Below, piece after piece: positions 1 through 10,056 of a stretch of 64,000 bases of DNA. How positions within the stretch are numbered: position 1 is the first letter of the stretch; the number at the start of each line of letters is the position of its first letter. The position numbers and the translations under genes were made by a program. The notes under the pieces are model-generated. The model did not search any database. It was not told where the DNA came from and was given only the letters and a program-made list of their open reading frames with translations. The stretch comes from Pseudomonadota bacterium (GTDB lineage: Bacteria; Pseudomonadota; Alphaproteobacteria; Sphingomonadales; Sphingomonadaceae), in the NCBI GenBank assembly GCA_039819365.1, contig JBCBSD010000003.1, forward strand, positions 69,953-133,952. Reading direction: 5' to 3'.

Positions 1-1
1 A

Positions 2-562
2 CCCGTGCGTGCGGAGCTGGACGAGAAGGATGCCGGCGCGATCGCCGCGCTGGGCGCCGACGCCTATCTGCCGCTGATCCGCGCCGCTGGTCCGGTCGAT
101 CGCGCGCTCGAACGGATGCGGGCGATCGATGCTGGCGGCACGCTCACATCGCGACTGGACGCGGTCGAAGAGATTGCGAAGGCGCTGGACGGCCGTGCGA
201 CGATCACCCTCGATCCCACCGAACGCCACGGTTTCGAATATCAGAGCTGGCTCGGCTTCTCCCTGTTCGGCGCGGACATTGCCGGCGAGATCGGGCGCGG
301 CGGCAGCTACACGATTTGCAGCGCGGACGGCGGCGAAGAACCGGCGATGGGCTTTTCGCTCTATCTCGATCCGCTGGTGGACGCGGGATTGGGCGCAAAG
401 GACAAGCGGCGCCTGTTCCTTCCGCTCGGCACCGACACGGCGCTCGCGAAGCGGCTGCGCTCCGAGGGCTGGCGCACGGTCGCCGCATTGACCGATGGGG
501 ACAGCGCGGAAAGCCTCGGCTGCACCCACCGTCTCGACGGTGACGACCCCGTCCCGGCCTGA
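2..562 (+). CDS. hisZ: ATP phosphoribosyltransferase regulatory subunit HisZ, C-terminal part (5' end outside window)
   Basis: The reading frame is open to the window edge. HisRS-like C-terminal motifs are present (HGFEYQSWLGFSLF, GRGGSY, GFSLYLD). It lies directly upstream of purA, as in many alphaproteobacteria. Confidence 0.7.
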   Translation, partial: PVRAELDEKDAGAIAALGADAYLPLIRAAGPVDRALERMRAIDAGGTLTSRLDAVEEIAKALDGRATITLDPTERHGFEYQSWLGFSLFGADIAGEIGRGGSYTICSADGGEEPAMGFSLYLDPLVDAGLGAKDKRRLFLPLGTDTALAKRLRSEGWRTVAALTDGDSAESLGCTHRLDGDDPVPA

Positions 563-663
563 TCCGCGGACCTGATTCGAACTGGCCGTTGAACAGCGGC
601 GTGGACGCGCGCGCGCGGGGCGATTAGGAGCGGAGCGCAACCCCCAAGCGAAAGCAAATCTCC

Positions 664-1953
664 ATGGCTAATGTTACCGTGATCGGCGCCCAATGGGGCG
701 ATGAGGGCAAGGGCAAGATCGTCGACTGGCTGTCCGCGCGCGCGGATTGCGTCGTGCGGTTCCAGGGCGGGCACAATGCCGGCCATACGCTCGTTATCGG
801 CAATACGACCTACAAGCTCTCGCTGCTCCCCTCGGGTATCGTCAGTGGCACGCCGAGTTTCATCGGCAATGGCGTGGTGCTCGATCCGTGGGCGCTGCGT
901 GACGAGGTCAAGAAGCTGCAGGGCCAGGGCGTCGAGATTACGGCGGATTTGCTCCAGATCGCCGAGACCTGCCCCTTGATCCTGCCGATCCACCGTGATC
1001 TCGACGCGCTGCGCGAGGATGCGAGCGGCGAAGGCAAGATCGGCACGACGCGGCGCGGCATCGGCCCCGCCTATGAAGACAAGGCGGGCCGCCGCGCGAT
1101 CCGCGTCTGCGATCTCGCCCATCTCGACGCGCTCGGTCCGCAGCTCGACCGGCTTTGCGCGCATCACGATGCTTTGCGCGCCGGATTCGGGGAAGCGCCG
1201 ATCGACCGCGAGCGGCTATTGGCCGACCTCTCCGAAATCGCCGATTTCGTGCTGGGTTTCGCGCGGCCCGTGTGGCGCTCGCTCAACGAGGCGCGCGAAC
1301 AGGGCAAGCGCATCCTGTTCGAAGGCGCACAGGGCGTGCTGCTCGATATCGATCATGGCACCTATCCCTTCGTTACCAGTTCGAACACGATCGCGGGCAC
1401 GGCGGCGAGCGGCTCGGGTCTCGGCCCCAGCGCCGCCGGCTTCGTGCTCGGCATCGTCAAGGCCTACACGACCCGGGTCGGCGCGGGGCCCTTTCCGACC
1501 GAGCTCGAGGACGAGATCGGCCAGCGCCTGGGCGAGCGCGGCCATGAATTCGGCACGGTGACGGGCCGCCAGCGCCGGTGCGGCTGGTTCGACGCGACCC
1601 TTGTGCGGCAAACCTGCGCGGTGTCCGGTGTCAGCGGCGTCGCGCTGACCAAGCTCGATGTGCTGGATGGCTTTGCCGAACTCAAGATCGGCATCGGCTA
1701 TGATGTCGACGGCACCCATTACGACTATCTTCCACCCAATGCCCGCGAACAGGCGCGCGCCGTGCCGGTCTACGAGACGATGGAAGGATGGAGCGAGTCG
1801 ACGGCCGGAGCGCGAACCTGGAGCGAGCTACCCGCCCAGGCGATCAAATATGTGCGGCGAGTGGAAGAGCTGATCGGCTGCCCCGTGGCGCTCGTGTCGA
1901 CGAGCCCGGAGCGCGAAGATACCATATTGGTGCGCGATCCGTTCACTGATTGA
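664..1953 (+). CDS. purA: adenylosuccinate synthase
   Basis: The N-terminus [16 protein letters not shown] (P-loop) and the full 429-aa length are typical of PurA. The [14 protein letters not shown] motif is present. Confidence 0.97.
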   Translation: MANVTVIGAQWGDEGKGKIVDWLSARADCVVRFQGGHNAGHTLVIGNTTYKLSLLPSGIVSGTPSFIGNGVVLDPWALRDEVKKLQGQGVEITADLLQIAETCPLILPIHRDLDALREDASGEGKIGTTRRGIGPAYEDKAGRRAIRVCDLAHLDALGPQLDRLCAHHDALRAGFGEAPIDRERLLADLSEIADFVLGFARPVWRSLNEAREQGKRILFEGAQGVLLDIDHGTYPFVTSSNTIAGTAASGSGLGPSAAGFVLGIVKAYTTRVGAGPFPTELEDEIGQRLGERGHEFGTVTGRQRRCGWFDATLVRQTCAVSGVSGVALTKLDVLDGFAELKIGIGYDVDGTHYDYLPPNAREQARAVPVYETMEGWSESTAGARTWSELPAQAIKYVRRVEELIGCPVALVSTSPEREDTILVRDPFTD

Positions 1954-2006
1954 TCGTTTACAGCGTTGTTAGTAGACTGATCCGCGTTAGGGAGAGGATC
2001 AGAGAT

Positions 2007-3194
2007 ATGAAATATATCGCAGCTGCGGCAATGCTGCTGGCATCGACCAGTGCATTCGCCGCCGTTCACACCGTGGAAACCGGGCCGGACGCGCAGGAGC
2101 GTCTGCAAGAGGCGCTGATCATCGCCGAACCGGGCGATACGGTGGAAATCGGCGCAGGCCGGTTCGAACTGACCGACGGGCTTTCGCTCGATGTCGCCAA
2201 TGTCACGGTGCGCGGCGCTGGGCCGGATAGCTCGATCCTCGACTTCTCCAACCAGGTCGGATCGGGGGAAGGGCTGCTCGTTACGTCCGATGACGTCGTG
2301 CTCCGCGATTTCGCGGTCGAGAATACGCGCGGCGATGGGATTAAGTCCAAAGAAGCCGACCGGATCGTCTATCACAATATCCGCGTCGAATGGACGCGCG
2401 GGCCGCATCCGGACAATGGCGCCTATGGCATCTATCCGGTGGAATCGACGCATGTGCTGGTCGACGGGACGACCGTGACCGGCTCGTCGGATGCCGGCAT
2501 TTATGTCGGCCAGTCGGACCAGATCGTCGTGCGCAATAATATCGTCAGCTATAATGTCGCGGGGATCGAGATCGAGAACTCGATGCATGCCGATGTTTAC
2601 AACAACATCGCGACCAACAACACGGGCGGCGTCCTCGTTTTCGATCTGCCCAACCTGCCGCAGGTTGGCGGGCATTCGACCCGCATCTTCCACAACCTCA
2701 TCACCGATAACAATACGGCAAATTTTGCGCATGAGGGCAATATCGTCGCCAGCGTGCCGGCGGGTATGGGCATCATGGTGATGGCCAATCGCAACGTTCA
2801 TGTGTTCGAGAACGTGATCGGCGATCACGGCACCGGCAATGTGCTTATCGTCTCCTATACCGAGACCTTCGACGATGAGAATTACAATCCCTATCCGCGC
2901 GAGGTTCTGCTCGAACGCAACGCTCATGGCCGCGCCGGTTATGCCCCCGATATACCCGGCGGCGAGGCGCTGGCGGCCGCGCTCGGCGGATCGCTGCCCC
3001 CCATTTTGTGGGACGGCACAGGCGAGATCGTACTGAGCAACGACGAAGCAAGCGTAGTCTCGTTGGGCCTGACCCAGGCCGGCCAACCGCTGACCGACGC
3101 TCAGCCGCGGCCGGTCAGCCTGGCGACCGACGACGTCCCCGAAACGCCCGCGGCTGTCGTCCTGCCCGAAACCATGGAGGCCGCGCTCCGGTGA
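2007..3194 (+). CDS. secreted parallel beta-helix (PbH1) repeat protein, NosD/pectate-lyase-like fold
   Basis: ATG at 2007 is preceded by GGAGAGG. The signal peptide is MKYIAAAAMLLASTSAFA. PbH1-type turns recur (GIYVGQSDQIVVRNN, AGIEIENSMHADVYNN, NNTGGVLVFD, HNLITDNN). I remember this architecture as the TIGR03805-type family; this was not searched. Confidence 0.8.
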   Translation: MKYIAAAAMLLASTSAFAAVHTVETGPDAQERLQEALIIAEPGDTVEIGAGRFELTDGLSLDVANVTVRGAGPDSSILDFSNQVGSGEGLLVTSDDVVLRDFAVENTRGDGIKSKEADRIVYHNIRVEWTRGPHPDNGAYGIYPVESTHVLVDGTTVTGSSDAGIYVGQSDQIVVRNNIVSYNVAGIEIENSMHADVYNNIATNNTGGVLVFDLPNLPQVGGHSTRIFHNLITDNNTANFAHEGNIVASVPAGMGIMVMANRNVHVFENVIGDHGTGNVLIVSYTETFDDENYNPYPREVLLERNAHGRAGYAPDIPGGEALAAALGGSLPPILWDGTGEIVLSNDEASVVSLGLTQAGQPLTDAQPRPVSLATDDVPETPAAVVLPETMEAALR

Positions 3195-4222
3195 TCCGGG
3201 CGTTCGCCGCACTGGCCGGCTGGCTGACGCTCGTCAGCGCCAGCGCGCCCGCCCCTGTGGCGACCGAGCTCATCGCCGGCGATACACTGCCGCGCACCCT
3301 GTCGGAATTCCACTTCTTCACCGATGGCATCGGCCAGACGCCGAACGAGCGCGTCACGCATTACACGCTCAATACGCCGCTGTTCAGCGACTATGCGATC
3401 AAGAACCGCTTCGTTTATGTGCCCGAGGGCCAGACGGCGACTTACAATGCCGATGGCGTGTTCGAGTTTCCGGTCGGCTCCGCGCTCATCAAGAGCTTCG
3501 GCTATCCGGCCGATTTTCGCGATGCGGACAGCCCGGTCCGCTGGCTGGAGACCCGCGTGCTCTTGCGCCGCGCCGATGGTTGGGTCGCGCTGCCCTATGT
3601 CTGGAACGAAGACGGCTCGGACGCCGTGTTGCGCCGCGCCGGGCGGCGGATTCCCGTTTCGTGGATCGATGCGCAGGGCGCGCAGCAGGCGATCGACTAT
3701 CGCGTGCCCAACCAGAATCAGTGCAAGACCTGCCATTCCAACAATGACGAGATCGCACTGATCGGACCGAACGCGCGCAATCTGAACGACGGCCAGCGGC
3801 TCGCCCAATGGGTCGACTGGTCGATCCTGGACCGCGCACCGGCCGGTGCTCCCCGCGTGCCCGTATGGAACGACGAGAGCGACGGCACGCTGGACCAACG
3901 CGCGCGCGCCTATCTCGATATCAATTGCGCCCATTGTCACAGCCGTTCGGGGAGCGCGAGCAATTCCGGGCTGTTCCTCGGCTATAACGAGGTCGACCAG
4001 GTGGCGCGCGGTATCCTGAAACGGCCGGTCGCCGCCGGGCGCGGCAGCGGCGGACGAGATTACGATATCGAACCGGGCCATCCCGAACGTTCGATCTTCG
4101 TCTTCCGCATGCGCTCGCAGGATCCCGGTATCGCCATGCCCGAACTCGGCCGCGGGATGTTGCACGAAGAAGGTATCGCCCTGATCGAGCGTTACATCGC
4201 CGCGATGGACGAACCGGGCTGA
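3191..4222 (+). CDS. periplasmic diheme c-type cytochrome (SO_2930/HNE_0200-like family)
   Basis: GTG at 3191 overlaps the upstream stop (GTGA). The signal-like N-terminus is VIRAFAALAGWLTLVSASAPAP. There are two CXXCH haem motifs: CKTCH (nt 3722-3736) and CAHCH (nt 3926-3940). The Arg-rich 3008-3190 extension in the ORF track looks non-coding. Confidence 0.8.
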   Translation: MIRAFAALAGWLTLVSASAPAPVATELIAGDTLPRTLSEFHFFTDGIGQTPNERVTHYTLNTPLFSDYAIKNRFVYVPEGQTATYNADGVFEFPVGSALIKSFGYPADFRDADSPVRWLETRVLLRRADGWVALPYVWNEDGSDAVLRRAGRRIPVSWIDAQGAQQAIDYRVPNQNQCKTCHSNNDEIALIGPNARNLNDGQRLAQWVDWSILDRAPAGAPRVPVWNDESDGTLDQRARAYLDINCAHCHSRSGSASNSGLFLGYNEVDQVARGILKRPVAAGRGSGGRDYDIEPGHPERSIFVFRMRSQDPGIAMPELGRGMLHEEGIALIERYIAAMDEPG

Positions 4223-4226
4223 ACCC

Positions 4227-4973
4227 ATGACCTCGCGCGAATCCACCCAGTTGCTCCCCCGCGCGCATGCCGACGAGGCCGCGTTCGACCGCAAGCCGTC
4301 CGACTGGGCGGCGCTAATCGGCATCGGCGCGGTGCAATGGCCATGGCTCCTGCGCTCGCTGCGCGGCGGGAGCCAGACGGATAAACGGAGACTGTTGGCG
4401 CGGCTGGAGCTTCCCGCTGATGCGCTACCCAATCTCGGCAGCTGGAAAGCCGATGTCGCGCTGCTCGGCAAGATCGCCGATCGTATCCTGAAAGCCCGGC
4501 CCAAACGGGTCGTCGAATTCGGCGCTGGCGCGTCCACCCTGATCGCCGCCCGCGCGTTGCAGATGGTCGGCGAGGGCGGGCAGCTGATCAGTTTCGACCA
4601 GCATGCCGATTTCGTAGAAGCGACGCGCCAATGGCTAGCCGAGCACGGACTGTCCGCCGATATGCATGCGGTACCGCTGGCCGAGCCTGCAGAACCGTGG
4701 GACGGTCTGTGGTACGATCACGGCGCGCTGCCGGACGATATCGACCTGATGCTGATCGACGGGCCGTGCTGGACGATCCACCCGTTCACCCGCGGCGGGG
4801 CCGCGCAGGCCTTCGAGAAGATAGCCATTGGCGGGATGGTGATGCTCGACGATGGCGCCCGGCCGGGCGAGCGCGTCATCCGTCGCCGCTGGGCCAAGGC
4901 CTATCCGAATTTCGATTTCGAACTGGCCAGCGACGGTACCAAAGGTACGGTTGTCGGCATCCGCCGCGCCTAG
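4227..4973 (+). CDS. class I SAM-dependent methyltransferase-like protein
   Basis: It has a motif-I-like VVEFGAGASTLIAA followed by an acidic loop (ISFDQ) and LIDGP. It starts 4 nt after the cytochrome stop. Confidence 0.55.
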   Translation: MTSRESTQLLPRAHADEAAFDRKPSDWAALIGIGAVQWPWLLRSLRGGSQTDKRRLLARLELPADALPNLGSWKADVALLGKIADRILKARPKRVVEFGAGASTLIAARALQMVGEGGQLISFDQHADFVEATRQWLAEHGLSADMHAVPLAEPAEPWDGLWYDHGALPDDIDLMLIDGPCWTIHPFTRGGAAQAFEKIAIGGMVMLDDGARPGERVIRRRWAKAYPNFDFELASDGTKGTVVGIRRA

Positions 4974-4983
4974 GGTCCGGCCC

Positions 4984-6267
4984 CTAAATATCGTCGGCGC
5001 TTCTGAGCTCTTCCTTGTCGAGTTCGCCAAGCATGCTCGCGGTCGTAACGGTCACCGTGGCGTCGCCGGTCACATTGGTCGCGGTGCGCATCATGTCCAT
5101 GATCCGGTCGACCCCGGCGATGAAGGCGATGGCTTCCAGCGGCACGCCGACTGCCGCGAAGACCGCGCCCATCATCACCAGTCCCGCTCCCGGAATACCC
5201 GCCGCCCCGACCGAACCGACCGTCGCCAGGATCGCGATTGTCACATAGTCGGTCATGCTCAGATCGACGCCGAACATCTGTGCGCCGAACAGGGTGGCGA
5301 GGCCCAGATACATCGCGGTGCCGTCCATATTGATGGTCGATCCCAATGAGACGACGAAGCTCGAAGTCGGTTTGCTGATGCCGAGATTGCGCTGGGTGCA
5401 GCGCAAGGTCACCGGCAGGGTCGCGGAGGAACTCGCAGTCGAATAGGCGACCGCGATCGCATCGATCATGCCGCGGAAGAAGCCGATGATCGAAACCCGC
5501 GCGAGAAAGGCGAGGATGCCGACATACATGACGCCGATTATCAGCAGGCAGCCAAGATAGTTCATGCCCACCAGCTTTGCGAGCGCATAGACCGCGTCGA
5601 GCCCCAGCGTACCGACCACCCAGGCGATAAGCGCAAAAACGCCGAACGGGGTCAGCTCCATCACCAGGATGGTGATCTTCTGGAAGATCAACGCGCCGCC
5701 ATCGAAGGCCTTGGCGATCATGGCGGCGCCGTGCACGCCGCTGTGGGTCTCTGCCTCGTCGTCATCCTTTACATCGCCGCGCGCAAGCAGGATGCCGATC
5801 CCAACCAGCAGCGAGAAGACGATCAGCGGTAGCACCTGCACCTTGGCCATCACGTCGACCGGGCTGACAGGAATCATCGAGCGGATCATCTCCTGCCAGG
5901 TCGGCTGGGCCGGATCGGGCACGTCACCCATCTGCAGGTTGGTGGTGTCGACGCCGATGCCCGGTTCGAACCAGGTGCCAAGCGCGAGGCCCAACCACAC
6001 CGCGACTTGCCCGGTCACGACGAACAGCACGATCGCGCGCCAGCCTACACTGCCCAGCCGCCCGATATTGCCGATTGATGCGACGCCGGAGACGACGCTG
6101 AAGAAAATCAGCGGCACGATCAGCATCTTGATGAAATCGATGAAGATATCGCCGACAATCTTGATGCTTTCGGCGCCGGGGCCCCAGATGTAGCCCGTAA
6201 TCCCGCCGAGGATCAGCGCCGCAACCACGCGCCGCCAGAGCGGGATTTCAAACCATTTCCTGAGCAC
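4984..6267 (-). CDS. dicarboxylate/amino acid:cation symporter (DAACS family)
   Basis: It is a 427-aa polytopic protein with DAACS signatures (SSSATLPV, GVPLEAIAFIAGVDRIMDMMRTATNVTGD). Confidence 0.9.
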   Translation of the reverse strand: MLRKWFEIPLWRRVVAALILGGITGYIWGPGAESIKIVGDIFIDFIKMLIVPLIFFSVVSGVASIGNIGRLGSVGWRAIVLFVVTGQVAVWLGLALGTWFEPGIGVDTTNLQMGDVPDPAQPTWQEMIRSMIPVSPVDVMAKVQVLPLIVFSLLVGIGILLARGDVKDDDEAETHSGVHGAAMIAKAFDGGALIFQKITILVMELTPFGVFALIAWVVGTLGLDAVYALAKLVGMNYLGCLLIIGVMYVGILAFLARVSIIGFFRGMIDAIAVAYSTASSSATLPVTLRCTQRNLGISKPTSSFVVSLGSTINMDGTAMYLGLATLFGAQMFGVDLSMTDYVTIAILATVGSVGAAGIPGAGLVMMGAVFAAVGVPLEAIAFIAGVDRIMDMMRTATNVTGDATVTVTTASMLGELDKEELRSADDI

Positions 6268-6329
6268 GCAACATCTCCCCCGCCCTATGGCGCGTCAACG
6301 CTATCGCCCGAGCCGCGGCACCGCAACCG

Positions 6330-8129
6330 CTACGCAAACAGGAATGCGATGGTGCAGCAGGTGGTGAAGCCCACGGCCGCGGTCAGCGGCAAGCCCGCTT
6401 TTACGAAATCGAGGAAGCGATAATTGCCGGCCGCATAGACGAGCGTGTTGGTCTGATAGCCGATCGGCGTCGCAAAGCTGGCCGAAGCGGCAAACATCAC
6501 CGCGATCACCAGCGGGCGCGGATCGACGCCGAGCTGGTTCGCCAATCCGATCACGATCGGCGTGACAATCACCGCCACGGCGTTGTTCGTGACGATCTCG
6601 GTGAGCAGCACCGACAGGATATAGACGACGAAGATCAGCGCCCAGGTCGGGACCGTTTCGAGGATCGGGACCACCGCGGCAACGATCAGCTGGACACTGC
6701 CCGCCTGTTGCAGCCCGACGCCGACCGCGAGCATCGCGAAGATCAATATCAGCACATTGCCGTCGATCGAGCCCCAGGCCTCCTCCGCGTCGATGCAGCG
6801 GGCGGCCAGGATCGCGCCCATGCCCATGATCGCGGCCACTGCGAGCGAAACGATATTGAGCGCGGCGAGCGTAACCACGGCGGCGAGCGCAAGGATCGCG
6901 ATAGGCGCGCGATCACGGCGGAATTCGCGCGTGCGCGTCTGGCCGACACCGAGCAGATTGGGATTCTCGTACATCCGCCGGATCGCGTCTTCCGAGCCCG
7001 TCACCAGCAGATGGTCCGCCGCGCGCATGCGGGCATTGGCCATATCCGGCCCGGGTAGCTGGCGGTGCCGCGTGATACCGATGATCCGCACCCGCAACCG
7101 GCTCAGGAACGGGATATCGGCGAGCCGGCGCCCGAGGCTCGGATGGGTCGGCGCAATCGTCGCTTCGACCAGCGCCTCGCTGTTTGCGCTGGGGCCGTTC
7201 TTCCCGGCGATGCCCATCTCGAACTGCCGCGTACGGCGCAGCGACAGCAATTCGGTCATATCGGTTCGGATGATCACATGATCTCCGGCCATCGCGATTT
7301 CCTCGGAAAGCTCGTGCCGGATGAATTGCTCGCCGCGCTTGATCGACAGCACTTTCAGACGCGTCGGCCTGAGCGCTGCGAGTTCTCCGTATTTGCGGCC
7401 GATAATGTCGCCGTCTTCGGGAACGATCAGCTCGGTGAGAAAATCGGTATCCTCCGTACTGCGATAGAGCGACGAGGGATCGCCCTTGGGCAACAATATC
7501 GGCCCGAAAATCGCCAGCGTCACGGCACCCGCCAAAGCCGCCATCAGACCATAGGGCGAAATTTCGAAAATCCCGAACGGCTCCATGCCTTCCTGCCGAG
7601 CGACCGCGTCGACGATGAGGTTGGTCGAGGTCCCGATCAGCGTCATCGTGCCGCCCAGGATGCAGATATAGGATAGCGGGATCAGCAGCCGTTTGACCGA
7701 CATCCCGGTCGCCTCGGCCAGCCGCGCCATAATCGGAATGAGCACGAGCACGACCGGCGTGTTGTTCATGAAGGCCGAAGCGACAAAGGCGCCGATAAAC
7801 AGTTCGAACAGCGCCAGCTTCGGCCGCTTCGCCGCGCGCGCGACGATCCCGGAGGCCAGCGCGTCGATCGTTCCGGTCCGCAGGAGCGCGCCGGACAGCA
7901 CGAACATCGCGCCGATCGTTATCGGCGCCGGGTTGGAGAATACCGACAACAGGCCATCGGAATCGAGGATGCCGAGAAAGAGGAATGTACAGGCGCCGAA
8001 CAGCGCGATGACCGCCGCGGGGAAGCGCTCGAACAGAAAGGCGACGAACATGATGCCGAGGATAGACAGGCCGATAACCGCCTGATTGGCATCGATAAAG
8101 GCTTGTATTGCTTCCAACTCTACCCCCAA
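6330..8129 (-). CDS. SLC13/DASS-type permease with two central TrkA-C domains
   Basis: It is a 599-aa protein with membrane halves flanking two soluble RCK_C-like segments (GRKYGELAALRP..., LGRRLADIPFLSRLRVRIIGITR). This architecture is typical of citrate-transporter-like permeases. Confidence 0.8.
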   Translation of the reverse strand: MGVELEAIQAFIDANQAVIGLSILGIMFVAFLFERFPAAVIALFGACTFLFLGILDSDGLLSVFSNPAPITIGAMFVLSGALLRTGTIDALASGIVARAAKRPKLALFELFIGAFVASAFMNNTPVVLVLIPIMARLAEATGMSVKRLLIPLSYICILGGTMTLIGTSTNLIVDAVARQEGMEPFGIFEISPYGLMAALAGAVTLAIFGPILLPKGDPSSLYRSTEDTDFLTELIVPEDGDIIGRKYGELAALRPTRLKVLSIKRGEQFIRHELSEEIAMAGDHVIIRTDMTELLSLRRTRQFEMGIAGKNGPSANSEALVEATIAPTHPSLGRRLADIPFLSRLRVRIIGITRHRQLPGPDMANARMRAADHLLVTGSEDAIRRMYENPNLLGVGQTRTREFRRDRAPIAILALAAVVTLAALNIVSLAVAAIMGMGAILAARCIDAEEAWGSIDGNVLILIFAMLAVGVGLQQAGSVQLIVAAVVPILETVPTWALIFVVYILSVLLTEIVTNNAVAVIVTPIVIGLANQLGVDPRPLVIAVMFAASASFATPIGYQTNTLVYAAGNYRFLDFVKAGLPLTAAVGFTTCCTIAFLFA

Positions 8130-8142
8130 ACGAGTCGGTCTA

Positions 8143-9213
8143 TCAGGCGCATTGCGCCCGGTGAAGCAACATTTGATCGGCCAGCACGAGCGCCATCATC
8201 GCCTCGACCACGGGCACACCGCGAATCCCGACGCACGGATCGTGCCGGCCCTTCGTGGAAATCTCCGTCTCTTCGCCGTCGCGCGTCACCGTTTTGAGCG
8301 GGGTAAGGATCGAACTCGTCGGTTTGAAGGCGGTGCGGCAGACGATCGTATCGCCATTGGATATCCCGCCGAGAATGCCGCCGGCATTGTTCGAAAGGAA
8401 GCGCGGCCCCTTGTTGCCAGCCGCCATCTCATCGGCATTGTCGCGGCCCGTGATCCGCGCCGCCTCGAAGCCGTTGCCGATCTCCACGCCTTTGGTTGCG
8501 TTGATCGACATCATCGCGGCGGCCAGCTCGCCGTCGAGCTTCGCATAGACGGGCGCGCCCCAGCCTGCCGGTACGCCGGTCGCCACGCATTCGGCCACGG
8601 CACCCAGGGAATTGCCATCCTTGCGCGCCGCGTCGACGGCCGCCTCCCACTCCTCGGCCGCGGCCGGATCGGGACAGAAGAAACTGTTCGCATCGATGGC
8701 GGTATCGTCGAACCGAGTCCGGTCGATCGGAATGCCGCCAAGCTCGGTCAGATAGGCGCGGATCGCGATATCTTCGCCCAACACCTTGCGCGCGACTGCG
8801 CCGGCCGCGACCCGTGCGGCCGTTTCGCGCGCGGAGGAGCGCCCGCCGCCCCGCGGATCGCGAAAGCCGTATTTCGCGTCATAGGTATAATCGGCATGGC
8901 CGGGCCGGTATTTGGCCACGATGTCGGAATAGTCTTTCGAGCGCTGGTCGACATTCTCGATCATCAGATGGATCGGCGTACCAGTCGTGCGGCCTTCATA
9001 GACGCCCGACATGATCTTGACGGCATCGGGTTCGCGGCGCTGGGTCGTGTGGCGGGACTGGCCCGGGCGGCGCTTGTCCATCCAGGGCTGGATATCGCCT
9101 TCCGACAGCTCGATCCCGGGCGGGCAGCCGTCGATCACGACGCCAAGCCCCGGTCCATGGCTCTCGCCCCAGGTCATAAAGCGAAAAACGCGTCCGAATT
9201 GGTTATAGCTCAC
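8143..9213 (-). CDS. aroC: chorismate synthase
   Basis: The N-terminus [31 protein letters not shown] and the [17 protein letters not shown] motif are present. Confidence 0.97.
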   Translation of the reverse strand: MSYNQFGRVFRFMTWGESHGPGLGVVIDGCPPGIELSEGDIQPWMDKRRPGQSRHTTQRREPDAVKIMSGVYEGRTTGTPIHLMIENVDQRSKDYSDIVAKYRPGHADYTYDAKYGFRDPRGGGRSSARETAARVAAGAVARKVLGEDIAIRAYLTELGGIPIDRTRFDDTAIDANSFFCPDPAAAEEWEAAVDAARKDGNSLGAVAECVATGVPAGWGAPVYAKLDGELAAAMMSINATKGVEIGNGFEAARITGRDNADEMAAGNKGPRFLSNNAGGILGGISNGDTIVCRTAFKPTSSILTPLKTVTRDGEETEISTKGRHDPCVGIRGVPVVEAMMALVLADQMLLHRAQCA

Positions 9214-9249
9214 AAGTCCCTCACCTTCTCTCCCGGCGGGAAGACGGAC

Positions 9250-10056
9250 TCACTTTTCCAACGCGATATCGGGGGCATCTTCGGCCTTCATGCCGATGAC
9301 ATTATAGCCGGCATCCACATGATGGGTTTCGCCGGTCACGCCCGCCGACAGGTCGCTCAGCAAATAGAGGCCAGCCCCGCCGACATCCTCGATCGTGACA
9401 TTGCGGCGCAGCGGCGAATTCAGCTCGTTCCATTTGAGGATATAGCGGAAATCGCCGATGCCGCTCGCCGCAAGCGTCTTGATCGGCCCGGCCGAAATCG
9501 CGTTCACACGGATATTGTCCGGCCCGAGGTCCATGGCGAGATACTGGACACTCGTTTCCAGCGCCGACTTGGCGGGACCCATGACGTTGTAATGCGGCAC
9601 AACCTTTTCCGCGCCGTAATAGGTCAAAGTCAGGATCGATCCGCCATCCGGCATCATCTCGCTCGCGCGTTTAGTGACGGCCACCATCGAATAAACCGAG
9701 ATGTTCATCGTCATCAGAAAATTGTCGAGGCTGGTATCGACATATTTGCCGCGCAACTCGTTTTTGTCGGAAAAGCCGATGGCATGAACGAGGAAATCGA
9801 TCGTCTCCCAACGCTCTTTGAGTGTCGCGAACGCGGTATCGAGCGCGTCCATATCCGAAACGTCGCATTCGATCAGGAAATCGGAGCCTACTCGCTCGGC
9901 GAGCGGCCGCACGCGCCGCTCGAGCGCTTCCCCCTGATAGCTGAACGCCATCTCCGCGCCCTGCTCGTGCAGCTGCTTGGCGATGCCCCATGCCAGCGAC
10001 CGGTCGTTGGCGAGCCCCATGACAAGCCCGCGTTTACCTTCCATCAATCCCGCCAT
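9250..10056 (-). CDS. fabI: enoyl-[acyl-carrier-protein] reductase (NADH) FabI
   Basis: The motif GKRGLVMGLANDRSLAWGIAK and an SDR-type FabI length are present. Its ATG overlaps the upstream stop (TAATG). Confidence 0.95.
   Translation of the reverse strand: MAGLMEGKRGLVMGLANDRSLAWGIAKQLHEQGAEMAFSYQGEALERRVRPLAERVGSDFLIECDVSDMDALDTAFATLKERWETIDFLVHAIGFSDKNELRGKYVDTSLDNFLMTMNISVYSMVAVTKRASEMMPDGGSILTLTYYGAEKVVPHYNVMGPAKSALETSVQYLAMDLGPDNIRVNAISAGPIKTLAASGIGDFRYILKWNELNSPLRRNVTIEDVGGAGLYLLSDLSAGVTGETHHVDAGYNVIGMKAEDAPDIALEK

Noticed and set aside
4968-4990. This is a short imperfect palindrome spanning the two convergent stop codons (TAGGGTCCGGCCCCTAA).
   Set aside because: It forms only 4+2 base pairs with a mismatch. 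That is too weak to call a terminator or binding site.
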